Origin: Desulfobacterales bacterium
GTDB lineage: Bacteria; Desulfobacterota; Desulfobacteria; Desulfobacterales; UBA11574
DNA length: 24,000 bases
Assembly (NCBI GenBank): GCA_032127815.1
Contig: JAQBHK010000368.1
Span: 7,779 to 31,778, forward strand
Direction: 5' to 3'
Made by a program: the position numbers and the translations under genes. Below, in pieces: positions 8,046-14,341 of this stretch. Within the stretch, counting starts at the first letter, position 1; every line of letters begins with the position of its first letter. Below the pieces are notes generated by a model. It was not told the DNA's origin and ran no database searches. It was given only the letters and a program-made list of their open reading frames with translations.

Positions 8046-8425
8046 TGCCGGTATTAGTCGACACTTCAGTGTGGATTGAGTATTTCAGAAGTGGAAACAA
8101 TTCTGAAAAACTCGATTTCTTAATTGATGAAAATCTCCTTGTAACAAACGATCTTATTTTGGCAGAACTAATACCATTCCTAAAAGTTCAAAACAAAAAA
8201 ATTATTATCGATTTATTGCTTAATATCAAAAAATTAGGTTTGTCTATAAATTGGAAGCAAATCATTGAGTATCAATACAAATGCCTAAAAAATGGTTTGA
8301 ATGGTGTTAGTATACCGGATCTTATAATTGCCCAAAACGCAAAACAAAATCATTGCGAAATTTACTCTCTGGACAATCATTTTAGCCTAATGAAGGATAT
8401 CATTCATCTTCAGATACAAATATAA
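8045..8425 (+). CDS. vapC: PIN-domain ribonuclease toxin VapC
   Basis: 126 aa. Acidic PIN residues sit in the expected contexts: VLVDTSV, LILAELI, IPDLIIA, SLDNHF. Coupled to the upstream antitoxin. AT-rich: my hand counts are 23/60 and 16/60 G+C on two sampled lines. Confidence 0.85.
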   Translation: MPVLVDTSVWIEYFRSGNNSEKLDFLIDENLLVTNDLILAELIPFLKVQNKKIIIDLLLNIKKLGLSINWKQIIEYQYKCLKNGLNGVSIPDLIIAQNAKQNHCEIYSLDNHFSLMKDIIHLQIQI

Positions 8426-8517
8426 GCTGAAGACACACCGAGCAAACGCTTTCACTGCGATTTTCCGGATCATTTCTTTGTGCGTAAGAATATGCTGAAT
8501 ATAAACCCGATTTGTGC

Positions 8518-8564
8518 TTGACAACAACTCCCAGCGGTTGCATAATGGTTTCACAATGGAACCA
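8518..8564 (+). promoter_or_regulatory. Sigma70-type promoter and operator for vapBC-2
   Basis: TTGACA (8518-8523), 17 nt spacer, CATAAT (8541-8546). An imperfect inverted repeat TGGTTTC..GGAACCA (8546-8564) follows, ahead of the AGGAGG RBS. Confidence 0.5.
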
Positions 8565-8579
8565 TTAGGAGGTGTTTGT

Positions 8580-8822
8580 ATGGCAACGGTAACGGTAAAG
8601 AATATACCTGATGAACTTTACGATCGGCTTAAGTCAGTCGCAGAAATAAATCGGCGTTCCATCAATAGCGAGATTATCATGTGCATTGAAAATGCTGTTG
8701 TAAGTCACCGAATAAACCTCGACGAGGTGCTTGAGAATGCTCGTCAGCTCCGTCAATTGACAGCCGAACATCTGATAAGTGATGAGGAATTCAATCAGGC
8801 AAAAGCAGAAGGTCGGCTATGA
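8580..8822 (+). CDS. vapB: Ribbon-helix-helix (Arc/FitA-like) antitoxin
   Basis: ATG at 8580, 7 nt after AGGAGG. MATVTVKNIPDELYDRLKSVAEINRRSINSEII is the typical RHH N-terminus. ATGA overlap with the PIN gene at 8819-8822. Confidence 0.75.
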   Translation: MATVTVKNIPDELYDRLKSVAEINRRSINSEIIMCIENAVVSHRINLDEVLENARQLRQLTAEHLISDEEFNQAKAEGRL

Positions 8823-9220
8823 TTGTCGTTGATACAAATGTTATCGGCTATCTTTTTCTATCAAGCGAGCAATCTTTTTTAGCCGAACGTGCCCTACAAA
8901 AGGAGAATGAGTGGGCCGCACCGATTTTATGGCGTAGCGAATTTTGCAATGTACTAACTCTTTATATGCGCAAAAATATCATTAAGTTGGAGCAAGCTCA
9001 GCGCATAATGAATAGTGCGTTGAAATTATTGAGGGGTCGAGAATATGAGGTTCCGTCATATGAAGTTCTGAGGCTTGCCTCAACAAGCAAATGTTCTGCT
9101 TATGATTGTGAGTTTATCGCTACTGCAAATGATCTGAAAGTCCCCTTAGTAACTGTTGATAAGCAGCTGCTGCGTGAGTTTTCTTCAGTGGCCGTATCAT
9201 TGAATTCGTTCAGCGAATAA
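8819..9220 (+). CDS. vapC: PIN-domain toxin VapC
   Basis: 133 aa. MIVVDTNV, conserved acidic positions (SAYDCEFIA, VTVDKQL). Translationally coupled to the RHH antitoxin. Confidence 0.85.
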   Translation: MIVVDTNVIGYLFLSSEQSFLAERALQKENEWAAPILWRSEFCNVLTLYMRKNIIKLEQAQRIMNSALKLLRGREYEVPSYEVLRLASTSKCSAYDCEFIATANDLKVPLVTVDKQLLREFSSVAVSLNSFSE

Positions 9221-9261
9221 TTACAAGGCAAGACAGCAGCCAACCGGCAAGTGGAACAGAA

Positions 9262-9315
9262 GGCTAACATCTCGCTGCTCGAGCCGCTCCTCAAGCCCCG
9301 AATACGTAGTTTGCC
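9262..9315 (+). other. Weak attC-like site candidate after vapBC-2
   Basis: GGCTAAC ... GTTTGCC bracket an imperfect stem (ATCTCGCTGCTCGAG / CTCAAGCCCCGAAT). It shares the 9-mer CGAGCCGCT and a CCCAAG block, at nearly identical spacing (34 vs 35 nt), with the site after DUF169. Confidence 0.2.
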
Positions 9316-9527
9316 CAAGTAGTTTTCTGAGCGCTACTAAGCATTGAATTTTTTGATTTTATCGTTTATGGATTAATGAGAAGCTAATTTATTTTGAAGT
9401 CTGTTTCAACCCACATTTTGGCGCATATTGGATTTATGACGTTATAGATGAAAAAATAATCACTCATGAGTTGCAGAATGACGGATGGACATCATTTCTA
9501 CAATATCAGGAATATTACAAAAATAGA

Positions 9528-9586
9528 AAATAACATGCGGTTGGTAGGGACGCTCGTTCCTCGCCCCCCCACCCGCGCCGTTATGT
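9528..9586 (+). other. attC-like recombination site candidate (a)
   Basis: 59 nt: AAATAAC - ATGCGGTTGGTAGGGACGC - loop - GCCCCCCCACCCGCGCC - GTTATGT. The ends are 6/7 complementary. The stem pairs in blocks (GCGG/CCGC, TGG/CCA, GGG/CCC, GC/GC), and the unpaired bases are mostly on the left arm, with some on the right. It ends 29 nt before the DUF169 ATG. Confidence 0.4.
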
Positions 9587-9615
9587 GCCAACAGTAGGTT
9601 GAAAGGAGCGGCCTC

Positions 9616-10386
9616 ATGGATGGTCAGATAGAAAGGCTTCTAGAAGCTCTCGAAAAACACTGCCGCCTTGTTACGATGCCTGTGGCGATCAAGTTAGCCA
9701 AAAAAGGCGAGGCTCCTATGGAGAAGACCAAATATCCTCTTGAGCATATTGGAAATCGTTTAGCCGTTTGCCAGGGCATGACCATCGCAAGGACGTTCGG
9801 TTGGACGATGGCTTTTAGAAAGGACGACCATGCTTGTCCATTGCCCCGCGTTTTTATGGGACACATAAGTCCGGACAAATTCTTGGAAGGAACTGTCGCT
9901 GGATTCTATCAGGATGAATCTGAATGCATGAGGAAAATGGAGACTTCATATCCGAGATGGCCAATGGATTCCTTTCAAGAAATTTGGTTGTCTCCGATTA
10001 ACAAGTGTGAATTTGTCCCTGATTTAGTTGTTGCCTACGGGAGCCCAGCCCAGATACTTACGCTGATCCAGGGGGGCAATTATAGAGTCGGATCAGGGAT
10101 TAAGTCCATAAGTAGTGGTCGCTGTGGCTGTTCCTCATGGATAGCTGGAGTCCCCCAAACTGACGAATGCACCTATATGATTCCCGGTCCAGGAGAAAGG
10201 ATATTTGCCGGAACGCAGGACTACGAGATGTCTTTTGCTGTGCCTTATTCCAAGTTCGATCAGGTAATTGATGGCTTGAAGTATGTCCACGGTCACGGTT
10301 CTTATAGATATCCTGTACCGAATTTGGGCGTGTTGGCAGAACCACGAATACCTGAAAGATATCATGAAATCGAATCAGATACGTAG
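9616..10386 (+). CDS. DUF169 family protein (COG2043-like)
   Basis: 256 aa with AAAGGAG RBS. Family-typical blocks: VAIKL, CQG..IAR, conserved Cys-rich SGRCGCS and IPGPGERIFAGT. Confidence 0.8.
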   Translation: MDGQIERLLEALEKHCRLVTMPVAIKLAKKGEAPMEKTKYPLEHIGNRLAVCQGMTIARTFGWTMAFRKDDHACPLPRVFMGHISPDKFLEGTVAGFYQDESECMRKMETSYPRWPMDSFQEIWLSPINKCEFVPDLVVAYGSPAQILTLIQGGNYRVGSGIKSISSGRCGCSSWIAGVPQTDECTYMIPGPGERIFAGTQDYEMSFAVPYSKFDQVIDGLKYVHGHGSYRYPVPNLGVLAEPRIPERYHEIESDT

Positions 10387-10411
10387 TTTCATGCAACTGT
10401 TAACAAGGGCA

Positions 10412-10494
10412 GCACATAACAACCGCTTCAACTAGGACGGCTTGCTTTGCTGGGCCGCCTGTTAAGCGAGCCGCTGCAAATTAAACCGTTGGCA
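10412..10494 (+). other. attC-like recombination site candidate (b)
   Basis: GCACATAAC (10412-10420) is the exact reverse complement of GTTATGTGC (9580-9588), which opens the DUF169 module. Next comes the stem CGCTT[C]AAC[T]AGG[A]CGGC (10424-10441) / GCCGCCTGTTAAGCG (10454-10468), with three extrahelical bases on the left arm. Possible right cores are GTTAAGC (10461) or GTTGGCA (10488). Confidence 0.4.
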
Positions 10495-10549
10495 TGCGTA
10501 ACCCAAGAGGTTACAATATGGCAGATGATTAAATCATTTTTTTTGTTTC

Positions 10550-10578
10550 TTGACTATCAAAGGAAATGTAATTACAAT
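10550..10578 (+). promoter_or_regulatory. Sigma70-type promoter and operator of mazEF
   Basis: TTGACT (10550-10555), 17 nt spacer, TACAAT (10573-10578). The perfect palindrome TGTAATTACA (10567-10576) overlaps the -10 box, nested in AAATGT..ACATTT. Confidence 0.55.
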
Positions 10579-10609
10579 GTAGTAACATTTCTTGTCAAGG
10601 AGATCAAGT

Positions 10610-10864
10610 ATGAGAGCACGAATAGTAAAAATCGGGAATTCCCAAGGCATACGAATTCCAAAACCCCTGCTCGAACAAACGGGAATCATGGATGACGTTG
10701 AGTTAGAAGTGGAACAGAATCAGATAATTATACGACCTATATCAAATCCAAGGGCCGGATGGGATGATGCTTTTAAGGCTATGGCTAATAGGGGTGATGA
10801 TATAATAATAGATGAGGCTGAAAATATTTCACATTCTTGGGATGACGACGAATGGCAGTGGTAG
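10610..10864 (+). CDS. mazE: MazE/AbrB-fold (SpoVT-AbrB) antitoxin
   Basis: ATG at 10610 after an AAGGAG RBS. MRARIVKIGNSQGIRIPKPLLEQTGI is the looped-hinge-helix signature, followed by an acidic C-terminus. Overlaps mazF by 13 nt. Confidence 0.8.
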   Translation: MRARIVKIGNSQGIRIPKPLLEQTGIMDDVELEVEQNQIIIRPISNPRAGWDDAFKAMANRGDDIIIDEAENISHSWDDDEWQW

Positions 10865-11181
10865 CAAATCGATTTGATGTATATTTGGCAAATCTCGACC
10901 CTACAGTTGGTTCAGAAATCCAAAAAACCAGGCCGTGTTTGGTTATTTCACCTGATGAAATGAACACACACATCCGCACCGTAATAGTCGCCCCGATGAC
11001 CACAGCCGGGAAAGATTATCCCACCCGAGTCTCATGCACATTCAAAAAGAAAAAAGGACAAATTGTCTTAGACCAGATACGAACTATCGATAAAACACGA
11101 CTCGTAAAAAAACTCGGTACTATTGATCCGGAAACACAATTAAAAGTTATTGCAATCCTGCAACGGCTATTTTCGTTCTAA
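10852..11181 (+). CDS. mazF: MazF/PemK-family endoribonuclease toxin
   Basis: 109 aa. FDVYLANLDPTVGSEIQKTRPCLVISPDEMN..VIVAPMTT..LDQIRTIDKTRL matches the PemK/MazF fold signature. Confidence 0.9.
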   Translation: MAVVANRFDVYLANLDPTVGSEIQKTRPCLVISPDEMNTHIRTVIVAPMTTAGKDYPTRVSCTFKKKKGQIVLDQIRTIDKTRLVKKLGTIDPETQLKVIAILQRLFSF

Positions 11182-11185
11182 AATT

Positions 11186-11246
11186 GCCCAACATCCGCAT
11201 GCACAGGACGCCCATAAACTCGCGCCTGTGATGCCCGGCGTTCTGC
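11186..11246 (+). other. attC-like recombination site candidate (c)
   Basis: 61 nt, starting 5 nt after the mazF stop. GCCCAAC (perfect RYYYAAC) - AT CCG CAT[G]CACAGG[A]CGC - 10 nt loop - GCGCCTGTG ATG CCCGG C - GTTCTGC. Extrahelical G and A lie on the left arm. No T-tract follows. Confidence 0.4.
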
Positions 11247-11308
11247 CCCATATAACTTTTGACATTTTCTCTTAACTTGACTATTTTTTTAAAAAAGGGG
11301 ATGGTCAA

Positions 11309-11509
11309 ATGAAAACAATGGCCATAAGTGAATTTAAGACACATGCGTTAAAGGTATTAAACGAGGTCGCAAAATCCCAAGAAACCATCGTCATAACGAA
11401 AAGAGGTAAGCCCCTTGCTCAAGTCGTTCCCTACCGCAAATCCCCGCAAGTCCCCAATATTAGAAGTAACGATTCAGATTGGTATAGACTAAAAAACGAA
11501 AGAAGGTGA
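11309..11509 (+). CDS. Phd/YefM-family antitoxin-like protein with a divergent C-terminus
   Basis: MKTMAISEFKTHALKVLNEVAKSQETIVITKRGKPLAQVVP is a classic Phd/YefM N-terminal domain. AAGGGGA RBS. Confidence 0.7.
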   Translation: MKTMAISEFKTHALKVLNEVAKSQETIVITKRGKPLAQVVPYRKSPQVPNIRSNDSDWYRLKNERR

Positions 11510-11513
11510 AGAA

Positions 11514-11699
11514 ATGCAGAACGTGGAATGGGAAATTAAAGGTGACAAACTAATTATTGAGATAGATTTGACAAAGGACTTCGGACCCTCTAAATCTGGC
11601 AAAACAGTAACAATCGCCAGTACACGGGGTAACCAGAAGATCGAGGGTACTGATGCTGTAATCGGTTTGAACGTTTACAAATATCCAGAGAGCGGATAA
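11514..11699 (+). CDS. Hypothetical 61-aa protein, coupled to the Phd-like gene
   Basis: ATG lies 4 nt after the Phd stop and 7 nt after an AGAAGG RBS. The ORF has coding-like composition (KLIIEIDLTKDFGPSKSGKTVTIASTRGN). I cannot assign a family. Confidence 0.5.
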   Translation: MQNVEWEIKGDKLIIEIDLTKDFGPSKSGKTVTIASTRGNQKIEGTDAVIGLNVYKYPESG

Positions 11700-11742
11700 T
11701 ATCCACGAAAACTACGCATTTGCTTTAAGAAAGATCGCAACA

Positions 11743-12210
11743 ATGGGAAAGAGATATTTCGACGATCTAAGGGATGGAGAACATCTTCATTGTCAGCCCG
11801 TCGTAATGACGCGAGAGGCTATTGTCGATTTTGCAAAAAAATTTGATCCGCAACTGTTCCATATTGATGAGAATGCAGCGAACAAATCGCTTTTTGGAGG
11901 GCTAATTGCATCTTCACTTCATACCCTCTCGGCCTGCACTCGGGCAGTCGTAGACGCACAGGGCAATATCGCAATTCTAAGCGGTGTCGGCATGCATGAG
12001 GTCAAAATGTTCAATCCGGTGCGTCCCGGTGATGTTCTTGCGGTAAATGCCTGGTGGGCGGAGCTGCAAAGATCAAATAGTAAACCGGACCGTGGTTTTG
12101 CGTCAATTAAGTGCAATGTTACCAATCAGCGAAATGAACCTGTCATTGAATACGGTTATCGTTACTTAGTTGCCTGTAAGAATATCGAGATGCCGCGGTT
12201 CCCAACATGA
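11743..12210 (+). CDS. MaoC-like hotdog-fold dehydratase/hydratase
   Basis: 155 aa. FAKKFDPQLFHIDENAA...FGGLIASSLHTLS matches the MaoC dehydratase signature. Confidence 0.85.
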   Translation: MGKRYFDDLRDGEHLHCQPVVMTREAIVDFAKKFDPQLFHIDENAANKSLFGGLIASSLHTLSACTRAVVDAQGNIAILSGVGMHEVKMFNPVRPGDVLAVNAWWAELQRSNSKPDRGFASIKCNVTNQRNEPVIEYGYRYLVACKNIEMPRFPT

Positions 12211-12297
12211 TATATTTTGGTAAATCTATCAGTTGGTTATCTTGATTTTGCGTCCGTTTGGTTTTTCCACAGAGCGCGCCTGTTCACAAATCAAAAT

Positions 12298-12326
12298 TTG
12301 ACAACAATTACCGTAAATAATAAGAT
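12298..12326 (+). promoter_or_regulatory. Putative hcp promoter with an overlapping palindrome
   Basis: TTGACA (12298-12303), 17 nt spacer, TAAGAT (12321-12326). The palindrome TCAAA-A-TTTGA (12291-12301) overlaps the -35 box. Confidence 0.3.
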
Positions 12327-12382
12327 ACATCGAATACTTCTTTGTAACCTAAATAGTGTCCATCCAGAAAGGGAGGAATGCT

Positions 12383-14011
12383 ATGTTTTGTTATCAATGT
12401 GAACAAACCGCCAAAGGTACGGGGTGCACAATACAGGGTGTTTGTGGTAAACAGCCCGAAGTCGCCGCCTTGCAGGACTTGCTCATTTATGCACTCATGG
12501 GACTCTCCCAGGTTGCTGTGGAAGGTCGCAAAGTGGGCGTCTTGGACCCGGACGTCAATGCCTTCACCGTAAAAGCCGCCTTTGCCACTTTGACAAATGT
12601 GGATTTTGACCCTGATCGTTTTATGGATTTGATCGGCCAGGCCGCGGACAAGCGTGAAAAATTAAAAGCAAGTGTTACCGCCGCCGGCGGCAATGGGGTT
12701 TGGCCTGACGGACCTGCAACCTTGGCACCCAAAGCCACCTTGGACGATTTGGTCAAGCAAGGCGAGCAGGTCGGAATAAAATCGTATCCGGCCGACAACC
12801 CGGACATCCTTTCATTGAAGCACACCGTACTGTACGGCATTAAGGGCGTGAGCGCTTATGCGGACCACGCCCTGATTTTAGGGCAGGAGGATGACAGCGT
12901 TTATGCATATGTCCATGAAGGACTGGCTGCCATTCAAAGAGATGATCTGGGGATAGACGACTGGGTGGGGATGGCTCTCAAATGCGGTGAAGCAGCCTAT
13001 AAAGCCATGGAACTGCTCGATGCCGGCAATACGAACACATACGGCCACCCTGTGCCGACAAAGGTTCCGCTGGGCTACAAGAAAGGCAAAGCCATCCTTG
13101 TCTCCGGTCATGATTTGAGAGATCTCGAAGAACTGCTCAAGCAGACTGAAGGAAAAGGCATTAACATCTACACCCATGGTGAGATGCTCTCAACCCACGG
13201 TTACCCCGGATTAAAGCAATATTCGCATTTCTACGGCCAATTCGGTACGGCCTGGCAAAAGCAGATCAAAGAGTTCGCGGCTTTTCCAGGCGCTATTCTG
13301 ATGACCACCAATTGCATTCAAAGGCCCAAAAATGACTATAAAGATAATATATTTACCAGCGGCATGGTCGGCTGGCCGGGCATTCCCCACATACCGGACC
13401 TGAATTTTCAGCCGGTCATCGATAAAGCCCTTGAACTTGGCGGCTTTGAAAAAGACCACGTCGACCAGGAGGTCACGGTCGGCTTTGCCCGTAATGCCGT
13501 GCTCGGTGTCGCGGACAAGGTGATCGAGGCGGTCAAGTCCGGTGCCATTCGGCATTTCTTTCTGGTGGCCGGTTGCGACGGAGCCAAGCCGGGACGGAAT
13601 TACTATACTGAGTTTGTAGAAAAGATTCCCGCAGATTGCATTGTTTTGACCCTGGCGTGCGGCAAATATCGTTTTTTCGACAAAGAGCTTGGCGATATCG
13701 GCGGCATACCGCGCCTTCTGGATGCCGGACAGTGCAATGACGCCTACTCGGCCGTTCAGATCGCTTTGGCCTTAGCAAAGGCATTCGATGTTAAGGTCAA
13801 TGAATTGCCGTTATCAATGATCATTTCCTGGTATGAGCAAAAAGCGGTTTGCGTCCTGTTGGCCCTGCTTCATCTCGGTATCAAGGGTATCCGCCTGGGG
13901 CCGTCGCTGCCGGCGTTTTTAACGCCCAATGTTCTGGAAACCCTGGTGAAAAATTTTGACATCAAACCGATTTCTACGGCTGACGAGGACCTGAAAGCCA
14001 TTCTGGGATAA
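12383..14011 (+). CDS. hcp: Hybrid cluster protein / hydroxylamine reductase
   Basis: ATG at 12383, 6 nt after GGGAGG; the track start at 12356 is upstream of the RBS. N-terminal cluster motif MFCYQCEQTAKGTGCTIQGVCGK, and full-length collinearity with the roughly 540-550 aa Hcp architecture. Confidence 0.93.
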   Translation: MFCYQCEQTAKGTGCTIQGVCGKQPEVAALQDLLIYALMGLSQVAVEGRKVGVLDPDVNAFTVKAAFATLTNVDFDPDRFMDLIGQAADKREKLKASVTAAGGNGVWPDGPATLAPKATLDDLVKQGEQVGIKSYPADNPDILSLKHTVLYGIKGVSAYADHALILGQEDDSVYAYVHEGLAAIQRDDLGIDDWVGMALKCGEAAYKAMELLDAGNTNTYGHPVPTKVPLGYKKGKAILVSGHDLRDLEELLKQTEGKGINIYTHGEMLSTHGYPGLKQYSHFYGQFGTAWQKQIKEFAAFPGAILMTTNCIQRPKNDYKDNIFTSGMVGWPGIPHIPDLNFQPVIDKALELGGFEKDHVDQEVTVGFARNAVLGVADKVIEAVKSGAIRHFFLVAGCDGAKPGRNYYTEFVEKIPADCIVLTLACGKYRFFDKELGDIGGIPRLLDAGQCNDAYSAVQIALALAKAFDVKVNELPLSMIISWYEQKAVCVLLALLHLGIKGIRLGPSLPAFLTPNVLETLVKNFDIKPISTADEDLKAILG

Positions 14012-14341
14012 TGTCTCCAAAAGAGTTGATACCTGAATCTTGCAAAGGATTGCCGACGAACAGGTTTTTAATTTGATTTATAATTAGTTACTGTTTATAG
14101 TACGGTTCTTAAATCGTAAACCTAAGTTGAGCAATTTTTTACTCGATCTTCACCGATCTCTTGCGCATAAAGGCTTTGCAAAAATCCTCGACATATCCAC
14201 GGGTATGCACCCCAGGGCATTTCCTGCGGGGCACCTGCGGTTTGTGCAAACCTTTCTGCATCAAGATCTTGGAACATATCTTCGCAAAAATCGCTCAACT
14301 CAGGTTAAACACTTTCTTTTAAAACCAAACATATTTCATTG

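Noticed and set aside
10424-10468. Reading the GC-rich hairpins after DUF169 and mazF (also 11198-11233) as intrinsic terminators
   Set aside because: Neither hairpin is followed by a T-tract, and both have multiple bulged bases on one arm. A similar hairpin (9535-9579) sits upstream of a gene rather than downstream. A terminator role cannot be fully excluded without 3'-end mapping.
11516-11522. GCAGAAC, the exact complement of the GTTCTGC core of attC-like site (c), which could mark another attC
   Set aside because: It overlaps the start codon of the 61-aa ORF. No palindromic structure or GTT core follows it. A single 7-mer match within about 1 kb is compatible with chance.
14012-14080. Possible terminator after hcp (ACCTG...CAGGTTTTT)
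   Set aside because: The stem is only 5 bp with a large, poorly paired loop. That is too weak to annotate.
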